The translations under genes and the position numbers were made by a program. From the NCBI RefSeq assembly GCF_009914755.1, contig NC_060941.1: a DNA stretch of 64,000 nucleotides; one strand, given 5' to 3'. Positions within the stretch are counted from its first letter, which is position 1; the number at the start of each line of letters is the position of its first letter. The stretch comes from the human T2T-CHM13v2.0 reference genome, Homo sapiens. Under the pieces are notes generated by a model. It saw nothing but the letters and a program-made list of their open reading frames with translations. It searched no databases and was not told the DNA's origin. Of this stretch, positions 51,000 through 64,000 are shown piece by piece.

Positions 51000-52972
51000 A
51001 TACTCAATGTTCTGTTATTCTTCCCAACTTAAAAAAAATCCCCTCCTGATCACTCTTCCCACTTGTGCTTTTATTACTCCATTTCTTTGAGCTTTTTACA
51101 TTAAAAGTCCTCAAGAGTTATCCATATTCATTTGTAAATCCTTTCCTCCCATTTTCTCATGAATATATGCTAATGATCCCCCATCCCACTCACTTCTACT
51201 GCTCTTGTTAAGGCCACTAATGAATGGCCTCCAAGTTGTTGACTCCGTGGTCATTTTCAGTCTTTACCATACTTGACCCATGAACAGCTCCTTCTGCCTG
51301 AGAACCCTTTCTTCTTTCGTCTTCCAGGATACCACACTCTTCCAGTTTCCCAGCTCCCTCCCTGGCAGCTCCATCTTAAGTTCCCTTCCTGATTCCACCT
51401 CAGCTCCTCCCCATCTTAATGTTAGGTGCTCCAGGGCTCAGTCCTTAAGCCTTTTGTCTAACATGATTTCATTAGCCATGGCTTTAAATATCATCTATGT
51501 TAAATACACCTCAAAATTTTTCTTTTAGCTTAACCCTGTCCAGGATTCTAGGTTTATACACTCTACCTCCTATTTGGGGTCTCCACTTGGATGTTTGACA
51601 AATATGTCAAACTTGGCATACTCAAAACTGGCTCATCTCATGGTATTCTCTCCCAAATCTGCTTTTCTTATATTTTTCTGCAAAATGATAAAGGATAACT
51701 TCAATCCCTTCATGCTCAAGAGAAACCCTTGTAGTCATCCTTGACCCTTCTTTTTTCTTTGCATTCCATATTTAACCTATCAGCAAAATTTGTTGACTCT
51801 ACCTTCAAATTATATCCAGATTCTGAATACTTCTCACTAGCTCTTCTGTTGCCTCCTTGGGTCAAGACACAGCCACCCTTTCCCTGGATTGTTGTAATGG
51901 CCTTTTCACTGGACACCTGGACTCAGTCTTTGAGAACCTTCAGTAATTTTCAACACAGAGTGATGCTGTAAAACTCTAAAACAGATGGCCACTTTGCTCG
52001 CAGCCCTACATAAGTTCCTCATTGTACTCAAATTGAAAGCAAAATCCTTGCAATCCCTCTCACCTCATTGCCCTCTACTCCTCCACTCTCCCTCTCCAGC
52101 CTCCAAGCTTTCTCTAGAACGGGTTGTCTTGAGATCTTTGCATCTGCTCTTCTCCCTGCTTGGGCTATTCTCCCCTGCAAACACCCAATGGCTTGCAAAT
52201 TTAACTCATCCAGGTCTTTGACTTTATGTTCTATTCTCATTGAGGCTTTCCATGACTATGGTATTTAAAATAGCACACAGCTTCTCCTACCCTCTCTGTA
52301 TTTCCGAACCTTTTCAGCATTTTCTTCTTCATAGCACTTAGTACAAAATGATTAGTGTCCTAGTGCTGTGTTACAAATTAGCACAAACTGGGAGGCTTAG
52401 CGCAAACTGGGAGGCTTAGCACGACAGAAAAGTATTGCCCCATGAACTGTGAAATCAAGGTGCTGGCATGGTTGGTTCTTTCTGGAGGTTCTGAGGGAGA
52501 ATCTGTGCTGTGCCTCTGTCCTAGCTTATGGTAGTCACCAGCAATCCTAGGAGTTCCTTTGTTTGTAGACACATCATTCCAATCCCTTTCCTCCATCATC
52601 ACCTGGCTTTCTTCCTTATTTGTCTGTATTCTTGTATCTTCACATGCCCTTTCTCTATGAGGATATCAGTCATTGAAATTAGTGCCCACCCTAATCCAGT
52701 ATGACCTCATCTTAGTTCGACTGTATCTGCAGACTATTTCCAAATGAAATCACATTCACAAGTATCAGGGATTAGGGGTTCAACATATATTATTGGGAGA
52801 GACAATTCAACCCCTAGCACCATATGACATACAACATATTTTTACTTCATTTTTTGTCTTTCTCTTTATACAAGAATGCAAGCTCTAAGAAAGCCCAGAG
52901 TTTTGTCTGATTTTTTTTTCACTGCTATACCTGGGTGGGATGCAACCCATAAAGACTTGTTGAATGACTAAA
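51000..52972 (+). mobile_element. L2 LINE (RT remnant to 3' end), interrupted by MLT1C
   Basis: ORF 51280-51528 LRTLSSFVFQDTTL...LNV resembles L2 RT LETLSSLGFxDTTL...LNVGVPQG; ends ttgttgaatgac. Confidence 0.88.
52349..52819 (-). mobile_element. MLT1C-like MaLR LTR
   Basis: aaatcaaggtgctggcatggttggttctttctggaggttctgagggagaatctg...cccaccctaatccagtatgacctcatctta...acaattcaaccc. Confidence 0.87.
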
Positions 52973-54059
52973 TCCCTCTGCTAGCTCCTCATGACCAAGA
53001 GGACGAAGGTCCAAACAATGGATACAGCATTCATGCTGTTAGACAAACTGGGCCTCACTGAAGTTTTCACCCTTAGCTTTCATCACTTCCCTCAGTATCT
53101 CCTGTTTCTACTAAGGTGAACTCCTGGATCTTACTCAAACACGTTCACAACTCTCCTTATTTGCTCTTTCTCTCCCCTTCACCCCCATCTACTCCTCTTT
53201 TCCTCTACAACACATATTTCTCTGTTAAAATCTTACACATTCTCCTAAGACCAGCTCAGTTCTCACTCTGAAACCTTCCATATGAACAGTTAACAACCTC
53301 TTTTTCTGGGTCCCTTTCAGTTAGTTATTATTTTTCTCACTAGAAATTTTATCATCTTAGCACATGAGTGCATTGGTGTAGAATCATGACAACACAAATC
53401 TTCTCCATTCAACTGGGAGATCTTTCAGACAGGGGCCAATGCCTTCCTTATCTCTTCATTTTTCCTTCAGTCCAACCCCCAGCATCTATCCAGTGCTTGG
53501 ACTGTAACAGCTGCATGCTAAACACCTGTTGACCAAATGAAAGAAGTAGGGTAGATTTGCCTTCTTAAGCTTTGAAGTAACAGCAAATATAATTTTGGCC
53601 ACTGGGCCCCAGGATATATGTACTACATAGTTAGCCAATAAGTAGGTGGGAAAGATGAGGTTTCTAACTAAGGCATTTTGGAAGTTACAATAAACAAAAG
53701 CCTTCGAGAAAAGGCCTTAGTCATGGTCAGAGAGTGCAGAGAGATTAGCAAAGGAGAACACAAAATAGACTACTCAGGAGGACAAAAAACTGGACTTAAG
53801 CTGTCTAATAGCTAATGCCCATCCAGTAAGTGAAGGGCAGAATCCTCCCACAGCCACCTGCATTATTTTCTAAAGACCATCCCTTAGAGCTGTTTTTAGA
53901 GGTATTTTGAGCATTGTGGGTGAATGTGGCAGTGTAGTCTTAGATATAGATGAGAAGGAGTGGCTATAAAAACTGCACCTTCCAACTATAAAAACTTCCT
54001 GGAGTAACAATTCCCTCCCACAATGTAATTGAAAAGTGCAATTGATCTTATCTTTAAAG

Positions 54060-54220
54060 AGTGTTCTACAAAATCTTAGAGTCATTCTGTTAGAATAACT
54101 TGAATGCTTTTAAAAAACCTAATTCCTGGGTCTCATCTAAGATGCCCTGGAATCAGATCTTTGCAGTAGTGTACTAGAATTTGCACTGGCAATAAGCTCC
54201 CAGGAAAATATGAGAATACT
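54060..54220. mobile_element. MER5A-like hAT relic
   Basis: attcctgggtctcatc...gaatcaga...aatttgca...aataagctcccagg. Confidence 0.6.
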
Positions 54221-54292
54221 AATATTTAAGGATTCCTACATTAAGGAAATCCATCCCTAAATCCATGTATATGATTTATCATGGTCAGCCAT

Positions 54293-54860
54293 TGTGTTGG
54301 TTAATTTTATGTGTCAACATGACTGCACTAACGGATGCCCAGATAACAGGTAAAACATTATTTTTGGGTGTCTGTGTAGGTGTTTCTGGAAGAGATTAGC
54401 ATTTGAATCAGTAGAACTAGTAAAGAATATTGTCCTCACAGAATGGGCCAGAATTATCCAATCTGTTGAAAGCTCAAATAGAACAAAAAGGCAAAGGAAG
54501 AGTGAATTTGTTCTCTGTTTGAGCTTGGATATCCATCTTCTCTCACCCTGGGATTTTGGTACTTCTTGTTCTTGGGCCTTCAAACTAGAACCTGGACTTA
54601 TGCCATTAGCTCCCCGTGTGCACCCTGCTCCATTCTCACGCCTTACTTATGCCATCAGCTCCCCCTGTGCACCCTGCTCTATTCTCATGCCTTTGGACTT
54701 GGGACTGAATCACACCACTGTCTTTCCAGGTTCTCCAGCTTGCATATAGCAGATAATGAAAATTCTTGGCATCCCTAATAATGTAAACCAATTCCTATAA
54801 TAAACCTCCTCATATATATATCCTATAAGTCTGTTTCAGTAGAGAACTTCGGCTAATACA
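54293..54860 (+). mobile_element. MLT2B-like ERVL LTR with 49-bp internal tandem duplication
   Basis: tgtgttggttaattttatgtgtcaac start, ggaagagattagcatttgaatcagtaga, ends gagaac...ctaataca. Confidence 0.9.
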
Positions 54861-55194
54861 ATCTTATTCTTGAAAATCTGGAAAGGAAAAAAATGAAAAA
54901 AAAAAACCCACAAGTCTTTGTATAGATTTGTCTTCAAGTTAGGGTCTTCTTAAATACCCCCTCCAATAGAACTGCTCTTAAAGAATAGACACGCAGAAAG
55001 AAGCCTCTAGGCTGAGGCAAGCAGGCCCACAAGGCTGAAACACAGAATGGAGGAGAGCAGCAGTTCTTGAGAGCTTGTTAGCAATCAAACCTGAAGGCAG
55101 GCGGGGACTCTGAGATGAGTAGAAACTCTGGGCAGCCATTCAGTATACTTTTCAGCAACCCAGAACTAAATGTAGGCTTCAGATACAGAGTTAT

Positions 55195-55732
55195 ATTATG
55201 GGAACAGCAAAGTCTTTGGACTAACAAATAACATGGTTGGGATCCTTGCTCTGCCAATTACTTTTGGTTCAGCGAATCTGGGTAAGTTATTTACCTCAGC
55301 CTCAGTTTCCACATCTGCACAATGCGAACAACATCACCACTTGGCTGGCTTATTGTGAAGATAAAATAAAATAAAAGTGTGTGTTGGCTGGGCGCAGTGG
55401 CTCACACTTGTAACCCCAGCACTTTGGGAGGCTAGCTTGTAATCCCAGCACTTTGGGAGGCCAAGGCAGGTGAATCATGAGGTCAGCAGTTCAAGACCAG
55501 CCTGGCCAAGATGGTGAAACCCCTAAACCCCTTCTCTACTAAAAATACAAAAAAAAAAAGAAAAAAAAAAAAGAAAAAAAATTAGTCGGGTGTGGTGGCA
55601 GGTGCCTGTAATCCCAGCTACTCAGTAGGCTGAGGCAAAGAATTGCTTGAACCCAGGAGGCAGAGGTTGCAGTAAGCCGAGATTGCGCCACTGCACTCCA
55701 GTCTGGGAGACAGAATGAGACTCCATCTCAAG

Positions 55733-55765
<33 letters not shown>

Positions 55766-55830
55766 AACTGTGTGTGATCACTTCACATGATAGTTGAAAC
55801 TTGGTAAGTCCCTGAAATATGACATCTTCT
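55195..55830 (+). mobile_element. MIR interrupted by AluS
   Basis: gggtaagttatttacctcagcctcagtttccacatctg...ttgtgaagataaaat; tail resumes after the Alu. Confidence 0.75.
55386..55767 (+). mobile_element. AluS (Sg/Sx3-like) with internal duplications
   Basis: gaatcatgaggtcag, ggccaagatggtg; 29-bp and 8-bp tandem duplications; TSD aaaa.tgtgtgt. Confidence 0.93.
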
Positions 55831-56483
55831 AGATTTCTTTTCCTTGTCTCCAGTAAGAGATAATCAGAAGGTGGTATTGATTTTTAAAAAAAAGGAGAAG
55901 AAAGGAAAGAAGGAAGGGAGAGAGGAAGTAACAAAAGGAGGAAGGAAAAAGAAATAGAAAAAAAGAAAAGATACACAAATAGAAGAAAATTAGCTTGGTT
56001 CAGAGTTTTCCAGACAAAATAAGCTACTTTCAAATATCATCTTTTACTGAACATTTACATTAAAATCTTTAAGCGGTACACCATGCCATTGTAGATTTCT
56101 CCAAACTAAATAAAAATGGTAACTAAATAGTAGAATAAGGATTACTTTCTATAGCTGAGAATGAAATAATTTGAAGGTAAACATTGGAAAGCTCTTAAAG
56201 CATCCTAAATTGTCTTTTCTTCCTTCAAATGTCAAAATACCTATCTCAATAGATATTTTTAAATTGCATTCCTCTTTCAAGATCCTTCTATCCCTTGTGT
56301 CTCTTGCTTAGGAATGAAATAAATAACTTAGTTGGAAATGACATAATCTCTGGTAGGATGGGAGAGGAGTTTAAATAAATTCCAATTTGACCGTCTTCTA
56401 GATCTTGGTAGATACTGATAATGCTTTGCCACTGAGATTTGTGGAAACTGGAGAGAAAAATAATCTTTGTAGTGTGTTCTGCT

Positions 56484-57372
<889 letters not shown>

Positions 57373-57926
57373 GGCTTGCCTACATTATAATTAAACTTTC
57401 CTACCCATAGGAGCATTTCTATCTTTGTCAGATCAATAGTAGCATCACTTACCATTTAACTACAAATTTCTAATGGAAGTTTCACCTGCATGTATGAAAA
57501 CAAGGTTTCCATCAAAGGTAACAAAACAAATGACCAAAAGTGTTTTTGCTAAAGAATTTGTGAAAGCTTTTTCATTAGCTGAACACCCACTGGAGACATC
57601 ATGCTTTGAGACTTTCTGACCTCAATCCCTAGACAGAAAAAGAGTTGGTGTCTCCCAGTTTGCAAGCAGTCCTGGGGAAGTAGGTTGGCACCGATGAACC
57701 CTTTACATTGATTATCTTAGGCAGCTCAATTCACTTAGTTTTCTTCAGTTGAAGAAAAGGGGGTAGCAACACCGGATAAATTTTAGGGGCACTTCTCTCC
57801 TGACATTCCATTAATGTGCCAATGGCTTAGTGTTTTGCAAGGAACTTCACAGAATAGAACAGTTCGGTTAACTTCTGGTTGTTGTAACGCATTTTTACTT
57901 AATAATCTCTCTTGTCTGTGTTTCAG

Positions 57927-58043
57927 GTCATTCATGGGGATAGAGTAGGCAGGGTGTGTAGAATCTTCTTCCATCACAGCATGAAACTGAGTGAAGACTT
58001 CAGACCATGACATCTGCAGATGTTGGGCTTCAGTTGTGGGTTC
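57927..58043 (+). ncRNA. Candidate non-coding exon (strong acceptor, weak donor)
   Basis: tctctcttgtctgtgtttcag|G preceded by cttaat; donor TTC|GTAAAT. Confidence 0.2.
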
Positions 58044-59289
58044 GTAAATTCTCGAGTTTAAGACTTGTTGCCATTTGCTCAATATTTTTGATCCTTGGCT
58101 TCCTCATTTGTAAAAAATACCAAACCCATAATTTTGTTGGAAGGAACAAAGGAGCTGAACTTTAAGACCCTACCCTAGGTCTCCCTACTACTGGGCTATT
58201 TTGTTGTTTGTTTGTTTTTTTTGCCTTTTAAACCTCGCTTGAATGATTTAATAGTTATGGTGTACCTGTAGCTTTTAGTTACCACACATCTCTTTGAGAA
58301 GTAGTCAGGGTATGAATAATACACATAAATAAAAAATGAGTGAACAGTATATTAAAGCAAAGTAAGCCTGTTTGAAAATTTGGACTCAAACCATAGTTTC
58401 AAACCCGTAAAAAATATTTATTGGGTCACTAGTATATATAGTGCACTGTGCTAGGCTCTGTAGAGGACTGAATTCATAAAAGCAAAAGCTGCCTTTATTC
58501 TACTTATCCAGAGGTTACTGAATTTGGAGCTAGTTGACAGTTATGCCAGGAGAACACACCAGTCTGCCTGCCTGTCAAGGAGAGAATTAAAAACTTGTTT
58601 CTGCTCAGTGCACAGCAGACAGCCCGGAAAGAGTCTTATGAACCAAGCACTGCAAACAAGGCCATATCTCCTCCTTTCCAGATTTTTATAAGTAGGTCAA
58701 CAATAGTTCAGGAAAGATGGAATTCCAGATCTAAGAAAATAATTTTGATTGAAAAAGATGCAAAAGGCAGTAGAGACAAATAAGAGATTCCAATGATTAT
58801 CAGTGGTATTTAAAACAAAACGAAATAGCCCAAAACAATCACATCTACTACTACGCATTCATTACCACGGAGACACTAAGGATCCACCGGGCCAAGGTGC
58901 CATGTGGGGACTGAGGTGGTGTGTGTGATTGGGAGGGGTTGTTGGTAGTGAATAATAGGGCTTTTAGTAATGCACAAAGGGAGAGATGAGACAGATACCC
59001 AAATAACTGTAATTCAAGAGAGAAAGTGCTAAGTATTAAAGAAGACTGAAGTTCTAAGGAACGAGAAATAGCACCACTCAGGCAACATGAGGAAAACCTG
59101 TTGAATGGGGAAGTCAGACTTCAGCCTGGCCTTGAAACAGAGGTGGTAATAGTTAGCGATTTGGTTTGGATGAATAATAGAGTTTGTGAATGGAAGAAGT
59201 GGAAGAAAAGTCTGGAAAGAAGGTTGAGACCAGACTCTAGAGCATCTTCAAGATTGATGTACAGGGTTTACGTTTTACTTGGAAAGTGT

Positions 59290-59750
59290 TATCACGTAAG
59301 AATGCAGCCAGCTGCAATTGATGGAAAAATAGACAGTGGTTTACATGAGAAAGCAGTTGGTTTACTCTATGGAAGAAGAAGTCAGGAGGCAGGCAGGTGA
59401 GGGTTGGTATGGTGGCTCAGGAGGCCATGGAAGACTTAGGCTCTTTCCTTTTGCCCCGCCCTGTCATTCTGCACAGGTAGCTTTCACTCTCACGATGGGA
59501 ATATGACTGCTCCTCTTCCAGCCCCATGTCTGCACTATAAGCAGGAAGAAGGTTTAAGGGTAAAGGGAGGGCCAATCCCCTCCCAAGACTGTCACCTACA
59601 TCTCACCGGTGAGGAATGTATCATGCCATCCCTACCTACATGGGGGGCTGAGAAATTGAGTATTTTCTATTTTCTGAGTCTTTGGCAAAGAAAGCCCAGG
59701 GAAAAGGTAACTATGAGTCCCTTTTGAGTAGCTAGTTCATGGCATTCGCC
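59290..59750 (-). mobile_element. MLT1K/L-like MaLR LTR within an antisense L2
   Basis: aagaagtcaggaggcaggcag...atgactgctcctcttccagcc...ggctgagaaattgagtatt. Confidence 0.65.
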
Positions 59751-60289
59751 AGAGAACTATTATGGTTTTTGAGCAGGGGAATAAAACACTGCTTGATGAT
59801 TAATTTGGCTGTAATGCATGGCTGGACTTGGAGAGAATAGTTACAAAGAGAAAGATGAGAACTCAAGGTGCAGAGACATGAAGTGCCGGATTCATGGTCC
59901 TGTATGAGTAAGTGGTGGAACTGGGATTTGAATCCAGGCTAGTTGTTCCCAGCCTTTTTCCACCTATCTCTCAAAGCTACTCAGTAAGGACTTTAACAGA
60001 ACTATCTCTTATATAGAGCCATCTGCATAAACAACAATGCTAGGAAGCCATTAATTCATTTATTCCTTCAATTCTGCTTTAATTATGTATACTGTTGTTT
60101 TATAAACAATCCTGGGAGATAGTATAATAAAAGGAAATAATGAGAATTCAGAGAAAGGTAGAGATAAGTTCAAGTCCAGCCATTTCTCTTGCCAATGGTG
60201 TGATTTTGCATGAGTCACAGAAATTCTCTGGCTTTCAATATCCTTAGAGGAATAACAATGGCAGAAATGTATAAAATGAGATAATCTTG

Positions 60290-60710
60290 TTATGGCAAAC
60301 ATATGGCCAATATGGGTTAGTTGGCCCAGCCTCCGTTCCAAATTTATTCTCCCTAGCCAATTCCGGCTAAGGCAGTTGGTGTGTTACTATTCTGGCCAAT
60401 CAGACATAGGTGGGATCAGCTATAGTCTCAATGATATTTTTACTTTTCTGATTCAGGTTCCTCCATTTTATACTCCTTTCTTCCTGCTGGTGGGCATGAT
60501 GGCTGGAGTTGATGCAGTCATTTTAGCACAATGGGGAAAAGACCACGTGAGTACTAGAGGCTTCATTATGAATAACATTGAACAACTGGAACAACGCTAG
60601 CAGCTGCAAATCCTCAAACTTCTCATTATGTGTCAAAAATAAACTACTTGTATTAGACACTATGGCTTTATTTTTCATTACTTCCAGTTAAAAACACTTA
60701 AAATTGATAG
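60290..60710 (+). mobile_element. MLT1K/L-like LTR within a MIR
   Basis: ttctggccaatcagacata...atgatggctggag..gcagtcattt...acttctcattatgtg..aaaataaac. Confidence 0.65.
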
Positions 60711-61659
60711 TTTATAAAAGCACTTGGTACCTACTTTATGCTTAATAAGTGATGTTTATTATTATTCTTGTCATCATCAGTATTATTGTTATTGTTTTTA
60801 TAAGTTGCATAATATCAAGTTACAGGCTAACAGATAAAAAGACTATAATCAAAATACATAAACAAATATGTGATATCCTAACGAAAAAATAAAAATAAAG
60901 CCACCATGAAGGATTGAGAGTAACATGAAACCACACTGGTTCTGCGTGGGTGGAAATTGTCTGTACGGATGTTGGAAAAATCCACGCTCTAAGTCCGAAG
61001 CCAGGGTTATAGTAAAGGGCAATCTTTCCAGATGCAGAAACATAGCAACCATGGCAGGGGATACGGGAAGGGAAGCATTTCTACTGGGGTATTTTGAGTG
61101 ATGACTGTAAAATTAGTGCTTGGACTATACAAGAGGGATTTTGTCTCTTTGACTTAAATACAGTGTTCAGTGTTTATGGGGATAAAAAGTAGTCAAACTA
61201 CCAAAGAGAGTCTGGTTTCTGGTAAAGAATTTAGAAATAGGAAAAGCTAAGGTCCATGGAAATGAATTCTCTGACCTTCAGACTTCTCTAGCCAACTACT
61301 GAGTGAGATAAACTGATAATCTATAATGTATGCTAAATTTTCAGAATGAAACTAAAGTGCAAAATTGAATTGTACGAACAATAGACACCATGAAGAATTA
61401 AAAGGCTTATTTTTTAAAAGTAACTCCAGTGAATAACATAGCCCAGGCATAGATATGCTTGCCAAACAAGCAATTGACCCAGTAAACAACATGGTTATTC
61501 AGACAAAATCAGAGATCCTGTATTTGTGAGGTCAATAGATCAAAATTTTTATCAACTTATCTATTGTCTCTATATATTCACGTATACATTTTTGAAAAAT
61601 ATTTGTTACAATTTACAAAAACACATATATGGCAATAGAATAAACAATAAAAAATTTAG

Positions 61660-63660
61660 AATTCAAGATAGTTGACTATGCATGTCTCCAACCTCATATC
61701 CCATTAAATGACATAAGATATTCACAAAGAGGACAAAATTATAACACCACTAGAAAAGTATAGGGAGCTTGTGTTTGGCAGATCTGAATACTGAGGAATT
61801 TCTGAAAGCTGTAAGGCAGATAGCAACACATTGACTGAGAATATCAAAAAGCTAAACAATTCATAACACAAAATGGAAGAAAGAAGAGGCTTTCTCAGCA
61901 AAATTCTGGGGGACTCCAAGATCAGGGGGCAGAGAAAGGTGAGGGATGACTGAATAAAGAGACCTGAAAGAGCTGTCCCGTTCAAAAGGCTGACCCCACG
62001 TTTGTCCCCCAAGCAAAGCTGAAAGAATAGCTTCCTGAATAAACTGGTGAATCATCTGTGAGAGGTTTCCAGAGTGGGCACTAGCATTAAAAAAATTGCA
62101 GCACTGAACTCCCAAGTAACTTTGATTACCATAATGGGCTACTAAAGGATAAAGTGTCATACCTCCTAAAGAAAAGACTTCCCAGTGCCCCAATCCCTGA
62201 AAGGAGCCAGGGCTTCTGTCTTAAGAATTTATACCCATTGTTGGAGATACAATTTTTTTCATGTAAGGAGAATTACATTTCAGGAACCAATTCTATTTTC
62301 TTAGATCCTGATTTATAAATGTAAATAAGTAATTTTATTCCTCCAAAGGAATGCCACCCTGTTGACATCTTGATTTTAGCCCTATGAAATCCATTTCAGA
62401 TTCTGACCTCTAAAAAATTAAAATAATGAATTTGTGTTGTTTGTAGTCACTAAGTTTGTGGTACTTTGTTACAGCAGCAATAGGAAACTAATACACATGG
62501 AGAACAGACTCAATAGACCCAATAACTCTGTAGTGAGAAATCACAAGGAAAGAAAGAGATACAGATGGAGGGTATGATGTAATCAAATAAATAATAGAAA
62601 GACTGACTTGAAGCTGGAAAGGGACTTGAGTTTTCAGAGAAGAAAAGGCCAACTGAGTCCCTTATGGCAAAATTGTAAAAAAATTGGAATCCCTAAGGAT
62701 AAAGAAAAATCTTACAAGCTCCCATTAAAAAATACATTTTTTGGTATAAATGAATTATTATTCTCATCACTGAGCCCATTATTTATTTGAGCTAAGTATT
62801 TTACTTTAATCTTCACCACACCAGGACCCTATACCACACTCTTATCTACTTGCATGCGGATATGGAAAAAGAGGATCCCTGAGGTTATGCAGTTCTACAG
62901 TTAGTAAGTGGTAGAAATGGAATTAAAAGTCAAGTTCAGAAACATGGGATTCTGAAGACAATTACATTATTTGCTAGCATCAAACTTCTCATTTACAATA
63001 CAGAAAACAGGAAAACAACAGACCAATGCCTGTAAAAAGTTAAAGAAGTACGTTTTCAAGCTCAAGTCCTATCATTAAAGTATGGGGCAGAGGGGAATGA
63101 CATTTTTAGACATACAAGAACATAGAAGGCTTACCACCCACATAACCTTTTCTGAAAACAAAGCAACAACAAAAAACTTCAGGTTGTACTTCAGCAAGAT
63201 AAAGTTGAAAAACAGAAATACATAACATACCAATAAAATGAGCAATGATATCAGTAAAACTTATAGTTAATACTAAGTAATGGTTGAAAATATGGCAGTG
63301 AAATTTAATGGAATTGTTAAGTAGGTAGTCATAAAACAGAAGAGGCACAAAGTAAAAAATTAACAATCTGGAACCAAAATTCAAGATAATTTTTAACAAT
63401 ATGAAAGAGGTAGTAAGGAAGAAACAAAGGGAAGTTATAAAATACCAATGATACAACCTGTATTTTGTTTAAGCGAGATTGTTGTAGACACTGCTTTATT
63501 TTTATTTGGACAGGAAAACAATTTCTGATTTCGGCAAGTTTAAGGATGTTCACTAGCAGAACAAAAATGTAAGGTGAAAATTTCAAACTACTATGAGGTA
63601 AACTGTAAATAAAAAATAAGAAATTAAAGAATAAAAACATAAAATAAGAATATATGAGAC
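61660..63660 (+). mobile_element. Old L1M 5' / ORF1-region remnant (fragmented)
   Basis: A-rich; taatcaaataaataatagaa..., aaggataaagaaaaatcttacaagc, catcaaacttctc...acaatacaga, typical of decayed L1M ORF1. Confidence 0.6.
62340..62496 (+). mobile_element. MLT1D-like LTR 3' fragment
   Basis: ccctgttgacatcttgattttagccc...aatttgtgttgttt...ttgttacagcagcaataggaaactaataca. Confidence 0.85.
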
Positions 63661-63782
63661 AATATAATGAATATCAGTTGAATTTTTCTAAACTATTCTA
63701 GAAATAGGCAATGTTCCATGTTATTTTTTTAAAAAAATCAACTTCATCAAGGTATTATTTGCATACAATAAAATGCACAGAT

Positions 63783-64000
63783 TTTTATTTATTTATTCTA
63801 AGCTTTTATATTGGGTTCAGGGGTACATGTGCAGGTTTGGTATATAGGTAAATTGCATGTCATGGGAGTTTGGTGTACAAATTATTTAATCAGCCAGGTA
63901 ATAAGCATAGTACCCGGCAGGTAGTTTTCCAGTCCTCATCTTCCTGTCCCCCTCTACCCTCAAGGAGGCCCCAGTGTCTGTTGTTCCCTTCTTTGTGTCC
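63783..64000 (-). mobile_element. L1PA (older, PA13-16-like) 3' end, continues beyond window
   Basis: ggttcaggggtacatgtgcaggtttg.tatataggtaaattgcatgtcatggg...aggccccagtgtctgttgttcccttctttgtgtcc. Confidence 0.92.

Noticed and set aside
51280-51528. Reverse-transcriptase-like peptide
   Set aside because: Decayed L2 ORF2 fragment with frameshift; not an intact gene

Overview
Primate (human-like) non-coding genomic DNA, roughly 40% GC by eye, CpG-depleted and with no CpG island. I find no credible protein-coding gene, RNA gene or processed pseudogene. The listed ORFs are chance frames, Alu/microsatellite translations or decayed transposon fragments. Much of the window is recognisable interspersed repeat, with several nested insertions: 12 Alu/FLAM copies, many MIR and L2 pieces, L3/CR1, old L1M and an L1PA 3' end, MaLR/ERVL LTRs (THE1D, MLT1, MLT2, MER21, MER74, LTR33, LTR41) and DNA transposon relics (Tigger-like, MER96B, MER104, MER20, MER63, MER5). 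The most interesting signals lie mostly between the repeats: (i) a TATA/Inr candidate promoter at about 26.26 kb; (ii) several + strand splice-site pairs, consistent with a spliced lncRNA; (iii) two strong CTCF motifs in divergent orientation (18.1 and 28.9 kb); (iv) repeated clusters of RUNX/GATA/ETS/STAT/HOX-PBX-MEIS/EICE motifs, suggesting a haematopoietic-type enhancer landscape; (v) fold-back (inverted-flank) structures at three AT-rich tracts. Repeat subfamily names come from recalled consensus sequences and their boundaries are approximate. I could not identify the locus, and the sequence alone does not establish a new biological system.
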